Positions 27,583 through 37,188 of a stretch of 64,000 bases of DNA are shown one piece after another (position 1 is the stretch's first letter; every line of letters starts with the position of its first letter). Both the position numbers and the translations under genes were made by a program. The stretch is taken from the IMG/VR virus record IMGVR_UViG_3300036945_000909; one strand, given 5' to 3'. A model generated the notes under the pieces. That model worked only from the letters and a program-made list of their open reading frames with translations. It was not told where the DNA came from and did not search any database. The stretch is from an uncultured virus (IMG/VR IMGVR_UViG_3300036945_000909). Taxonomy: Duplodnaviria > Heunggongvirae > Uroviricota > Caudoviricetes.

Positions 27583-27849
27583 ATGAATTATTCAGAATTA
27601 TCAAAAATGTCAGTTGAGGAGTTGCGTAACATCAATCAGATGGTAGTTGAACTTATCAAATCTAAGCGTAACATTGAATCCCTACAAAACAAAATTGGGT
27701 TACGAGTGGGTATGTTGGTGAAAGTTAATCACCCTAAATTACAAGGTAGAGAGTTAGAGGTTACTAAAATTAACCGAACTAAAGCTAACCTACGAGTGGT
27801 AGGTGGGTTTGCTTCTTATAATGTACCAGTTTCTTTAATCCAATACTAA
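27583..27849 (+). CDS. Small protein with an SH3/KOW-like C-terminus
   Basis: LRVG..VKV and V.KINRTKA..V motifs; follows a host-type promoter. Confidence 0.7.
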   Translation: MNYSELSKMSVEELRNINQMVVELIKSKRNIESLQNKIGLRVGMLVKVNHPKLQGRELEVTKINRTKANLRVVGGFASYNVPVSLIQY

Positions 27850-27860
27850 ACTCAAACAAA

Positions 27861-29159
27861 ATGAAAAAGATATTATTTTTAATTTCAAGTGTTGTTCTTT
27901 TTACTGCGTGTAGTAAAGAAGATATTCCAGAACCAATTGTAATCAAAAAAGATAGTGTAATTGTAGTTCCACCATCACCCTCGTTTCAATCTAAAACGAT
28001 TGGAGATACTACCTATATTCTAAAAATTATACCTACTAAATACAATCTATATAAGGAATCTGTAAAAAACCAACGTAGTGGTATATTTTTCCAATGGCAA
28101 GAAAATTATGGGGTAAATCAGCAATATTTACCACAAACCGATGAAATGCCTAAAGCATGGGTTGGAGGTGGTCAGAATTATGGGGATGTAAATAATGATG
28201 GATTTATTGATTTCGTAGTTGCAGTTCATACATCTGCAACTGATGTTGAATTAAAGTGGTTTATCAATGATGGTGACAATTATCATTTCAAAAAGAATAC
28301 ATCCATGTTCAATCAAAGCACTAAAGGATTGAATGCACATAAGATAGTTAAAACGGATGTAAATAATGATGCTATCGCGGATTATATTACTTTCGGAGTG
28401 GATGAACGAATTCCTGGCGATTATAATGGTAATTTTTCCGTATTGATTGGTAAATCCAATGGAACGTTCGATGTGAATACAATTCCAAATCCAACTAAGT
28501 ATTGGTTTCATAATGGTGCGGTAGGTGATTTGAATAAAGATGGATTTGTAGATGTCATCTCAGCAACATTTATATGGTTTGGAGATGGTAATGGTAATTT
28601 TACAAAAGTTTCCAATCTAAATGATTATTGTCAATCAATATTAGTATATGAAATATTAGATATGAATGGCGATGGGTTGAATGATATTATTTTATCGGGC
28701 CCGAATGATGTTACTACGATAGTATATAACAACAATGGTATATTTAACAATTCGAATAGAGTTCTAAAATTAGAAAAAGTTCAATATAAAATTATTCAAG
28801 ATATTGAACTTTATGATATTGATTCGGATGGGGATTATGATATTATTGAGAATAGACAAATGGAAACCGAACCAAACTCAAAATTATTTGTTCATCTTAA
28901 TAATGGAAATACATTTAATTACGTTTCTGATTATATTCAAAACTCAAATGATGGTGCTTGGTTAAATGGAGATAAAAATGCTGGACCTGGATACCAAGAC
29001 AAATTTGGTTGGGATACTTTTAAATTTGATGATATTGATGGTGATGGAATTGATGATATTATACCTGAAAATTATCACGATGGTAAATTCAATGGTTTGA
29101 AAAAAATAAATGGAGTTTGGAAACCACATATTTTTTCTTTTCAAAAATGTAAAAAATAA
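27861..29159 (+). CDS. FG-GAP/VCBS repeat lipoprotein
   Basis: Lipobox FTAC; repeated DxNxDGxxD motifs. Confidence 0.88.
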   Translation: MKKILFLISSVVLFTACSKEDIPEPIVIKKDSVIVVPPSPSFQSKTIGDTTYILKIIPTKYNLYKESVKNQRSGIFFQWQENYGVNQQYLPQTDEMPKAWVGGGQNYGDVNNDGFIDFVVAVHTSATDVELKWFINDGDNYHFKKNTSMFNQSTKGLNAHKIVKTDVNNDAIADYITFGVDERIPGDYNGNFSVLIGKSNGTFDVNTIPNPTKYWFHNGAVGDLNKDGFVDVISATFIWFGDGNGNFTKVSNLNDYCQSILVYEILDMNGDGLNDIILSGPNDVTTIVYNNNGIFNNSNRVLKLEKVQYKIIQDIELYDIDSDGDYDIIENRQMETEPNSKLFVHLNNGNTFNYVSDYIQNSNDGAWLNGDKNAGPGYQDKFGWDTFKFDDIDGDGIDDIIPENYHDGKFNGLKKINGVWKPHIFSFQKCKK

Positions 29160-29237
29160 CTAAACAAATATTTGGAAAATAAGAAAAAAAGTTGTATATT
29201 TGTTATATAAGAAAAAGAGATAATAAAAGATAAAGTT

Positions 29238-29723
29238 ATGAGTGAAAAGAAAAAGATTATTTATATTGATATGGATGGTGTTTTAGTTGATTTAAGTAAA
29301 GAGTTTGATAGATTTTTTACTAACAATCCCCATCTAAAAGAAAGATATAAAAAGAACCCAGACCACATACAAGGAATCTTCAGAAACGCTCCGGCTATCG
29401 AAGGAGCAATTGAGGCCGTTAAGAAATTGACAGAATGTGGTAAGTATGAATTATTCATCGCTACCGCAGCTCCGTGGGGAAACCCAATGTCTGCATCGGA
29501 TAAAAGATTTTGGATTGAAGACCATTTTGGAAATCTGTTTCACAAAAAGATGTTCGTTACTCACAGAAAAGACCTTTTGATGGGTGATTACCTAATTGAT
29601 GACCGATTGAAGAATGGTGCTGAAGATTTCAAAGGTGAGTTGTTACGATTCGGTTGGGCTTATGAAACTGAAACTTGGAATGAATATCCGACTTGGGAAT
29701 CAATCTTAAATAAGTTATTATGA
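29238..29723 (+). CDS. 5'(3')-deoxyribonucleotidase (NT5C, HAD)
   Basis: IDMDGVLVD, K..WIEDHF and GDYLIDD motifs. Confidence 0.9.
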   Translation: MSEKKKIIYIDMDGVLVDLSKEFDRFFTNNPHLKERYKKNPDHIQGIFRNAPAIEGAIEAVKKLTECGKYELFIATAAPWGNPMSASDKRFWIEDHFGNLFHKKMFVTHRKDLLMGDYLIDDRLKNGAEDFKGELLRFGWAYETETWNEYPTWESILNKLL

Positions 29724-30280
29724 GAATAAGTTGGTTATTAGTTTGGGGTTTACTATTTACGGCATGTAGTAAAGATGAAATTTACGAACCGCAATGGGGT
29801 CCAACCATTCAAACTCCAAATACAACTACATCTACCAAACCTCAGCCAAATATAACAATTGAATTGGATGGTAGATTACCAAAAGATGGTAATGGATATT
29901 ATCATTTAATCTTAAATAAATCTACAAATCAAACTATACATCGAGTTGAGGGTAAAGTATTGAACGTAGTCGAACCAACTAAGGTTGATTGGGAGAGTAA
30001 CTTATTTTGGTGGTTAAAACCCGGAGAAGTGGTTGCTAACACAACTAAAACCTATATAAACCAATTCACTGGTGAACTTACTTATGTTAATCTACCACCT
30101 ATAACAAATTGGAAAGAACAATTAGTTCCAACTACAAATTGTTGTTCGTATGTTGATAGTAAAAAAGAAATTAACACAATCATTGCACCCATATATAAAA
30201 TGGTAGGGGATACATTAGTATTAACTGCATCGATTAAAGAAAAGAAAATAACAAAATCAATTAAGATAATTTTAGAATGA
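29720..30280 (+). CDS. Lipoprotein
   Basis: Lipobox FTAC-SKDE, same as 27861. Confidence 0.75.
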   Translation: MRISWLLVWGLLFTACSKDEIYEPQWGPTIQTPNTTTSTKPQPNITIELDGRLPKDGNGYYHLILNKSTNQTIHRVEGKVLNVVEPTKVDWESNLFWWLKPGEVVANTTKTYINQFTGELTYVNLPPITNWKEQLVPTTNCCSYVDSKKEINTIIAPIYKMVGDTLVLTASIKEKKITKSIKIILE

Positions 30281-30657
30281 TAACCGAAGACCATATTGAA
30301 TTTCCAGAAACACCAATTACCGAACGAACATTTGAAACACAAGGTTGGTTACGAGTTGATGAAACTGAAGGAGGATTTTCCGATTCGGAAGATGATGATG
30401 ATTTAGATGATGAAGATTCGGATAATGATGGTGTTTCATATTATTATTTCATTTTACCACTACCAAAGGATAATCCAGATTCCGAATGTAAAATGTTAAT
30501 CTCAAATTGTAATGATGAATATCAAGACATTGGATTACCCAAAGGACAATATTACGTTGAGTTGGAAAATATGAATGGGTTGGGTTTGTGTCAGAGTGAA
30601 GAGCAAATTGAAATTTTATATCGGTCATTAACCGGTAGAGATATTTACGAAGATTAA
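30277..30657 (+). CDS. Acidic hypothetical protein
   Basis: Overlap-coupled ORF with an Asp-rich tract. Confidence 0.65.
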   Translation: MITEDHIEFPETPITERTFETQGWLRVDETEGGFSDSEDDDDLDDEDSDNDGVSYYYFILPLPKDNPDSECKMLISNCNDEYQDIGLPKGQYYVELENMNGLGLCQSEEQIEILYRSLTGRDIYED

Positions 30658-30954
30658 TAAACTAAATAAAAATGAAAGAAATCAAAACACCCCTATTACT
30701 TTTTATAGTCGGATTTACATTATGCCTATTGGTATTGAAATGTGGAACAATGTAATTTAACAATCAAATAAAATAAAAATGAAAAACTTTAAGACATCGG
30801 AAATTCTGATATTAGTAATGACAATCGCAATAATCTTCATTAGTGAATACCACTACATAGTTGAAAATGACGTAACCAAAGCAATCTTTATTGGATTATG
30901 GCCACCAACAATTTTAGGATTATTGAATTATATAAACTCTAAAACAAATAAATA

Positions 30955-31305
30955 ATGGAAGTAATTTTTTTAACAACAATCGTAGTTACGCTATTCATTG
31001 TATTTGGAATAGCAACATATCGAGAATTTGCTCGAATGGAAGTAGAAGGTTATAAATCAGACCCTAATGCTAAAAAATATGGTAGAGATGCTTTATTTGT
31101 TATGATGCAGAGATTATTTGATGGGGAAATCATTCCTAAAAAAGAACAAAAAGCAATCTATAAAGCAATGTTTAGAACAATTTCGGATATGGAATCTGAT
31201 GGTGTATATTTTGATGATGACATCAAACGAATGATAATTGAAAAGAAAGAAGAATTATATTGTGAATATAGTGGATTACCATCCGTAAAAGCATACGAAA
31301 AATAA
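30955..31305 (+). CDS. Membrane-anchored hypothetical protein
   Basis: N-terminal TM; C-terminal CEYSGLPSV..Y. Confidence 0.65.
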   Translation: MEVIFLTTIVVTLFIVFGIATYREFARMEVEGYKSDPNAKKYGRDALFVMMQRLFDGEIIPKKEQKAIYKAMFRTISDMESDGVYFDDDIKRMIIEKKEELYCEYSGLPSVKAYEK

Positions 31306-31308
31306 ATT

Positions 31309-31968
31309 ATGAAAAACTATTCAGCAGAAGACCTACAAAAGAATTATGATAAATTCATTGAGGCATTGGGTAAAGTATTTAGTGGTGAACGCTTAGAAAA
31401 ATTAAAGTTCATGTATTCACAAGAGGAATTGGGAACTGAATTGGTTCTTGCTCCTGCAAGTGGAAAAGAACATTATCATTCGGCATACGTTGGTGGTTAT
31501 TTAGACCACGTTATGAACGTAGCACGTAATGCGTATAAGATGAAGAAGATATACGAGGAAGGTGGAATCAAAGTTGATTTTACTGATGAAGAATTATTCT
31601 TTGCAGCATTCCATCACGATTTAGGTAAATTAGGAACTAAAGGAAATCCACATTATGTAGAGGAAGAATCTGATTGGCATAAAAAGAATCAGGGTTCAAT
31701 GTTTAAGATAAATGGTGAGAACCATTATATGGACGTAACCCACCGAGCATTGTGGCTACTTAATCAGTATGGGATTACCTATACCGAAAAGGAGATGATT
31801 GGGATTATGTTAGCAGATGGATTATACAACGAAGGAACTAAACCTTACTTTATTAGTTTCCGTCCCGAGATGAGGTTAAAAACTGATTTACCATATATTC
31901 TACATTGGGCAGACCATATGAGTTGTAGACAAGAAAATAAACAATGGGAAGATTCAAAACCTTTTTAA
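31309..31968 (+). CDS. HD-domain phosphohydrolase (YhaM-like)
   Basis: APAS...YH....GG..DH, HHDLGK and LHWADH motifs. Confidence 0.85.
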   Translation: MKNYSAEDLQKNYDKFIEALGKVFSGERLEKLKFMYSQEELGTELVLAPASGKEHYHSAYVGGYLDHVMNVARNAYKMKKIYEEGGIKVDFTDEELFFAAFHHDLGKLGTKGNPHYVEEESDWHKKNQGSMFKINGENHYMDVTHRALWLLNQYGITYTEKEMIGIMLADGLYNEGTKPYFISFRPEMRLKTDLPYILHWADHMSCRQENKQWEDSKPF

Positions 31969-32003
31969 TGACAAGGTGTCAAACTAATACTGACAATATG
32001 TCA
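31969..32003. promoter_or_regulatory. Tandem TGACA-N3-TGTCA palindromes (operator-like)
   Basis: TGACAAGGTGTCA and TGACAATATGTCA, 22 bp apart, upstream of the Hsp20 gene. Confidence 0.65.
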
Positions 32004-32069
32004 TTAAAATAATATTGGTATGTAAATTGTAATATATAAGACATTGTTAAACTAAAAAAAATAAAAACC

Positions 32070-32459
32070 ATGTACACAGCAAATTTAGGACATCTATTAG
32101 ATTTATTTGAAAATGATTTACCAACTTGGAAATCTACATCTACATTAAAAAACAATTCAATTGGATTTGTTAAGCAGAATGATAATTCATATGAGTTAGC
32201 TTTCGATGTAACTGGTCATCCAAAGGAAAATATCTCAATTGAAAATGAAGGTAATACTTTAACTATTAAAGGAGAAACCTCGCATACTGAAGGATCAATT
32301 CTAGCAAGTTTAGTTTCTGATGTTAATCATACAATTCGAATTCCAAACGATTATGATGCATCTCAAGCAACTGCAGATGTTGATTTGGGAATTTTATTAA
32401 TTACTATTCCTAAAAAAGAAGAGGCAAAGAAAACGAAAATTTTGATTAAAGTGAAATAA
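32070..32459 (+). CDS. Small heat-shock protein (Hsp20)
   Basis: Alpha-crystallin pattern LTIKG..A....GILLITIPK with a C-terminal I.I motif. Confidence 0.85.
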   Translation: MYTANLGHLLDLFENDLPTWKSTSTLKNNSIGFVKQNDNSYELAFDVTGHPKENISIENEGNTLTIKGETSHTEGSILASLVSDVNHTIRIPNDYDASQATADVDLGILLITIPKKEEAKKTKILIKVK

Positions 32460-32485
32460 GTTATAATACCTCTATTGTGATTTGG

Positions 32486-32514
32486 AAAAGGGAGTTTTCG
32501 AACTCCCTTTTTTT
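32486..32514 (+). terminator. Intrinsic terminator
   Basis: AAAAGGGAGTT/AACTCCCTTTT hairpin. Confidence 0.8.
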
Positions 32515-32563
32515 ATAATAATATATTTATATATAATGAATAATACAATAAACTACTTAGACA

Positions 32564-33133
32564 ATGTTTACACTTTTTATAGATAATTTTTTAACAAATG
32601 AAGAGTGTGAATCAATTATACAACTTGGAAAAGATAGTGGATTGCAGAAAATGTCATCATCTAAATTTGTAAATGGTGTTCATGTTGAAACCGCTATAAA
32701 TGAAGATACTAATAAACGAATGGGATGTTATTTGGTAGATACCGCATTACACCTCCCAATCATACAAGCCATTTCATCCAAAGTTATTCATACATTAAAT
32801 GAATTAAAAATATTTAATGGTTTAAATTATTCACATATACCAAAATATTCGTTCAATCAATATTCTAAAAATGATTTTTTAGATTGGCATTCAGATTTAC
32901 ATGAAATTCAATATGGTGCAACTATCACTACTATATTTCAGTTGAATGATTCTTATGATGGTGGTGATATAAAATATATAATAGATAATGTTGAATATTC
33001 CGTTCCCAAAAAAACTGGTAGTATTTTTATCTTCGATTCCAATATCTCTCATTCAGTTGATAAATTAACTGATGGTGTTAGATATTCATTAAACGTTTGG
33101 CCAGGAAGTGTTCTAAAAAAATCAATAATTTAA
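32564..33133 (+). CDS. 2OG-Fe(II) oxygenase (prolyl 4-hydroxylase-like)
   Basis: NFLT.EEC, WHSD, LND.YDGG, H.V and RYSL motifs. Confidence 0.88.
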   Translation: MFTLFIDNFLTNEECESIIQLGKDSGLQKMSSSKFVNGVHVETAINEDTNKRMGCYLVDTALHLPIIQAISSKVIHTLNELKIFNGLNYSHIPKYSFNQYSKNDFLDWHSDLHEIQYGATITTIFQLNDSYDGGDIKYIIDNVEYSVPKKTGSIFIFDSNISHSVDKLTDGVRYSLNVWPGSVLKKSII

Positions 33134-33145
33134 TAAATTAATCAT

Positions 33146-33481
33146 ATGAAATTTATAATAATATTTACCATATTCATATTAACATTATACATCGGTATAG
33201 GTTGGAACAAAATATGGGATAGGTATAAAATGTATTTATCCAAAGAGTATTGGACAGATTACAATATAATAGAATTAGCAGCATGGTTGGCTAAAGCAAT
33301 AATCATAATCCCAGGTCTAATATTTGGAGTTGAGTTGTGGTATATGCATTTTTTAACATTAGCAACTTCTTCTGCTTTAATTTGGGCATCGATGCGAAAA
33401 TCATTACCAACATTGATACTATTCAATACCATATGGATTTGTATATCACTAACAATAATAATAAGACACTTAATACCATAA
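33146..33481 (+). CDS. Small multi-TM membrane protein
   Basis: Hydrophobic; KSLPTLILFN motif. Confidence 0.7.
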   Translation: MKFIIIFTIFILTLYIGIGWNKIWDRYKMYLSKEYWTDYNIIELAAWLAKAIIIIPGLIFGVELWYMHFLTLATSSALIWASMRKSLPTLILFNTIWICISLTIIIRHLIP

Positions 33482-33482
33482 T

Positions 33483-34724
33483 ATGAAAGTAGTAATAATT
33501 GGTGGAGGAACTGCCGGGTGGTTAACTGCATTGGTAGTTAATAAATTTTGGAAAAACGCAGAAGTTACTTTAATTGAAAGTTCTAAGATAGGAATATTAG
33601 GAGCAGGAGAAGGTGGAACTCCCAATTTCGGAAGAATGTTGAGTTTGTTGGAAATTAATCATGAAGATTTTTTTGAAAAAACTAAATCAACCATAAAGAG
33701 TGGATTACATTTAGTTAATTGGACAGGTAATGGAGAATTATCAAAACATTTATTTAGTGGAGCAGAACCAGATTCATTTAATAAACATCATGCATACCAC
33801 TTCGATGCTCGAGCAGTTGCTGAATATTTTAAAGGTATTTCCATATCAAGAGGAGTTAATTGGATTGATGGTGAAGTTGATACAATTGAAAATAATGGTG
33901 ATGAAATTAAATCTGTTTCATTGAAAGATAATACTAAAATAGATTTAGATTTTGTATTTGATTGTAGTGGGTTCAAGCGTATTATCATAGATGGCGTACA
34001 TTCGGAAGAATGGATTGATTATGATAAATATTTAATGATGAATAAGGCGTTTACATTTTTCCTACCACAGTCTACGGAAGGTGTAGGGTATTCCAAAACA
34101 TATACTCGTATGGTTTCTATGAATTGTGGTTGGATGTTTCAAATACCACTACAACATAGATGGGGGTGTGGATATGTCCACAACGATAAATATATTTCAA
34201 TAGATGAAGCTAAGAAAGAAATCGAAGATTATTTGGGTCATGAAGTAAATATACAAAAGATATTTGATTTCAAACCAGGGACACATAAACGTAGTTGGAT
34301 AGGAAATTCAATATCAATTGGATTATCATATGGGTTTATTGAACCATTAGAAGCAACATCGTTAATGTCTACTATCATGCAATTAAAGAGATTAATTGAC
34401 GTGGAGTTTGATATGGAATATAGAGATAGATATAATACATGGTGCTATCAAATAAACGAACAAAATTTAAACTTCATACGATTCCATTATCTATGTGAAC
34501 GAACTGATACTGAATTTTGGAAGGATTGCACATCATTACCATTACCGACTAAATTAAAAAATATCTTAGATAAAAATAATGCACTAATACCTGTCAATGA
34601 TTCTCAATTATTTAATATGCTAGAATTAGAAGAAGCATCGATAAACGAATTAACATTTTATGTAAATAATTATTCTGCTATTTTTGTGAAAAATAAAAAC
34701 AAAGGAAAAAAACAATTGTTATAA
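33483..34724 (+). CDS. Flavin-dependent (tryptophan 7-halogenase-like) halogenase
   Basis: GGGTAGW, GAGEG, KSG..L.NW, AYHFDA, DCSGF, GWMFQIPL and GFIEPLEAT motifs. Confidence 0.9.
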   Translation: MKVVIIGGGTAGWLTALVVNKFWKNAEVTLIESSKIGILGAGEGGTPNFGRMLSLLEINHEDFFEKTKSTIKSGLHLVNWTGNGELSKHLFSGAEPDSFNKHHAYHFDARAVAEYFKGISISRGVNWIDGEVDTIENNGDEIKSVSLKDNTKIDLDFVFDCSGFKRIIIDGVHSEEWIDYDKYLMMNKAFTFFLPQSTEGVGYSKTYTRMVSMNCGWMFQIPLQHRWGCGYVHNDKYISIDEAKKEIEDYLGHEVNIQKIFDFKPGTHKRSWIGNSISIGLSYGFIEPLEATSLMSTIMQLKRLIDVEFDMEYRDRYNTWCYQINEQNLNFIRFHYLCERTDTEFWKDCTSLPLPTKLKNILDKNNALIPVNDSQLFNMLELEEASINELTFYVNNYSAIFVKNKNKGKKQLL

Positions 34725-34725
34725 T

Positions 34726-35367
34726 ATGGAAAAGATAATATTTGATAATGATATTTGTATTTGGAAAACCAAATTAAATTTATCTGAATCTAAGGGTGAA
34801 ATTTTAGAGTTATGTGAAGGTGTAGTAAAAAACAATTCAGATGGTGTAAATTTTGATGCATATTCATATTCCAAAATAAAAGATGATGTAAATTTTTTGG
34901 GTAATATTGTTATTAAAAATAAATTAGATGAGATTGGTCAAATATCTATAAACAATTGCAAAAAAATACACAACGATAGGGGTATCGATTTCAATATGAT
35001 AGAAACTGATGCTTGGGTTAATATTGTAAGAAGTGATAATCCAGTTCAATTAAATTTTAAGGAAGGTCATGAAAAATATCACATACATACCGAATTAAAT
35101 AAAACAAATAATTCATTCGTCCCATCTTACACCTATGTGTATTATATACAAATGCCTGATAGGATAGAGGGTGAAGATGCTGTTTTATATTTTAAAAGTA
35201 AAAGTGGTAAGGAATACTCCATATTGCCAGAAGAAGATGATTTAATAATTATGGAAGCAGATGTCCCACATGCACCAAATAATGCACCCAACTCTACAAT
35301 AGATAGAATTGTGTTTGCAGGTAATGTTGGATTAAGTTATGTTAAAAAAGAAAAGTCTTTAATATAA
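34726..35367 (+). CDS. Putative 2OG-Fe(II) oxygenase / DSBH protein
   Basis: AWVN, HIH, YVYYIQMP, H.P and RIVFAGN motifs. Confidence 0.7.
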   Translation: MEKIIFDNDICIWKTKLNLSESKGEILELCEGVVKNNSDGVNFDAYSYSKIKDDVNFLGNIVIKNKLDEIGQISINNCKKIHNDRGIDFNMIETDAWVNIVRSDNPVQLNFKEGHEKYHIHTELNKTNNSFVPSYTYVYYIQMPDRIEGEDAVLYFKSKSGKEYSILPEEDDLIIMEADVPHAPNNAPNSTIDRIVFAGNVGLSYVKKEKSLI

Positions 35368-36092
35368 TGCTAGTAGATAATAAATTTATATATCTAAGTT
35401 TACCGAGATGTGCATCAACTGCTTTTTTCATTTCATGTATTAGAAATGATATAAAAATTGAACATGCTCAAAATTCAGATGATAATATGTATCACACTAT
35501 TGATTTGGAATCAGTGAGTAATATAGAATTGGTTTATAACATTAATCATTTTCACGAAACAATTGAATCTTTAAAAACTAAGTTTGGAAATAGGTATGAA
35601 ATTATATCAGTAAAACGAAATCGTCATCAAAGATTCATTTCATATTTTAACCATATAATCGGTGAATTATACCGAAATGGATATATGGAATTATATCATA
35701 AAGTTTTGGAGTTAAATGTAAATGATATATTATTTTATAATAGTATTGATTTGATTAACGTTGAAAGTAGAGTAAAATTAGTTAATACGTTTTTAACTAA
35801 TATAGGATTCGTTGAATATGATAAAAATATACAATCATTATTCTTGCCATTGTTTTCACCATTGTGCACATATCATAACAATGATTCATCAATAAAATGG
35901 TTTGATTTTAATAATTTATCTGAATTAGAAAAATGGGTAAGTGTTAAATTAAATAAACCATTTAAATTGGAAAACTTTGGTTCTAGTTATAACTACAAAT
36001 CTAAGTTGATAATGGATGATGAGTTTATACAAAAATATAATAACATTTACGATTATTATGATTTACCAAAATCAACTAAAACTTTAATATAA
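35367..36092 (+). CDS. Sulfotransferase-fold protein (paralog 1)
   Basis: FIYLSLPRCAST (PAPS 5'-PSB-like) and RN...RFISYF (3'-PB-like) motifs. Confidence 0.7.
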   Translation: MLVDNKFIYLSLPRCASTAFFISCIRNDIKIEHAQNSDDNMYHTIDLESVSNIELVYNINHFHETIESLKTKFGNRYEIISVKRNRHQRFISYFNHIIGELYRNGYMELYHKVLELNVNDILFYNSIDLINVESRVKLVNTFLTNIGFVEYDKNIQSLFLPLFSPLCTYHNNDSSIKWFDFNNLSELEKWVSVKLNKPFKLENFGSSYNYKSKLIMDDEFIQKYNNIYDYYDLPKSTKTLI

Positions 36093-36850
36093 TGTTAGTA
36101 GATAATAAATTTATATATCTAAGTCTACCAAGATGTGCATCAACTGCATTTCATTATTCATGTCTTATATCCGATTTAAAAGTTGAAACTTATACCAATA
36201 CTTTAATACCATTAAATGATAATGTTGATTTTAAAACAATTGATAAATCTAATTTAATGAATCACATATATCATGCTCATGAATCAATTGGTGATTTACA
36301 ATCTAAATTTGGAACATCATATCCAGTTGTTGCAGTTAAACGAAACCGACATGAAAGATTTTATTCATTATATAAACACATCTTGTTTGATTTAAAACGA
36401 AGTGGTTATCCTAAAATTTATGAAGCTTTTTCTAAACTTACATTAGATGAATTATTTTTTTTTACTAAAAATGATTTAATTAATAAAAAACAAAGATGGG
36501 ATGTAATATCTCAATATTTAATTGACTTAAAACTATTAGATAAAAAAGTTGATATTATCAATTGGGAAAATACTATATTTGGTTATGCTGTAAATATGAT
36601 TGATATATTACTAACACCCATTTCATATTGGACAAATAACGATTCTAATATTATTTGGTTTGATTTTGATAAAATAAATGAATTGGAAAGATGGGTTTCT
36701 GAAAAAGTAGATAAACCCTTTAAATTAGAATCAGCAAATTCTAGCAAACACATTAAATGTAATATTACATTAGATGATAGGTTTATAAAGAAATATAATG
36801 ATATTTATGATTACTACGATTTACCAAAATCTACCATTACCTTAATATAA
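36092..36850 (+). CDS. Sulfotransferase-fold protein (paralog 2, tandem duplicate)
   Basis: First 20 aa identical to 35367; RN...RFYSLY; shared YDYYDLPKST tail. Confidence 0.7.
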   Translation: MLVDNKFIYLSLPRCASTAFHYSCLISDLKVETYTNTLIPLNDNVDFKTIDKSNLMNHIYHAHESIGDLQSKFGTSYPVVAVKRNRHERFYSLYKHILFDLKRSGYPKIYEAFSKLTLDELFFFTKNDLINKKQRWDVISQYLIDLKLLDKKVDIINWENTIFGYAVNMIDILLTPISYWTNNDSNIIWFDFDKINELERWVSEKVDKPFKLESANSSKHIKCNITLDDRFIKKYNDIYDYYDLPKSTITLI

Positions 36851-36854
36851 TAAT

Positions 36855-37142
36855 ATGATTGATTACAAAGAAATATTTGAAGCATGGAAAATATCGTTTA
36901 ATCCAAATCATTCACAAGAATTATTAGCAAAGGAACGATTGGATGTATGTTTGGGATGTGATTTTAGAAAAGAAGTTTTAAAAGGAGTAAAGTGGTCTGC
37001 ATATTGTGGTGATTGTGGGTGTCCGTTAAATAAAAAAGTATTTTCAACTATGTTTAACCCATGCACTCAAAAAAAATGGGAAAATGTAGATTCTAAGTAT
37101 TTAGATATAATTAAAACTAAAAATAAAAATTCTATAATTTAA
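36855..37142 (+). CDS. Small Cys-rich metal-binding protein (DUF6171-like)
   Basis: RLDVC.GC, C.DCGCPL.KK and C...KW motifs. Confidence 0.65.
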   Translation: MIDYKEIFEAWKISFNPNHSQELLAKERLDVCLGCDFRKEVLKGVKWSAYCGDCGCPLNKKVFSTMFNPCTQKKWENVDSKYLDIIKTKNKNSII

Positions 37143-37188
37143 ATAATCATATATTTATAGAAGAATATTAAACAAATATAAGGATTTT

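Noticed and set aside
29238..29723. C-terminus ILNKLL as another copy of the shared tag
   Set aside because: It is the normal last helix of the NT5C domain (W..I...LL), not an appended tail.
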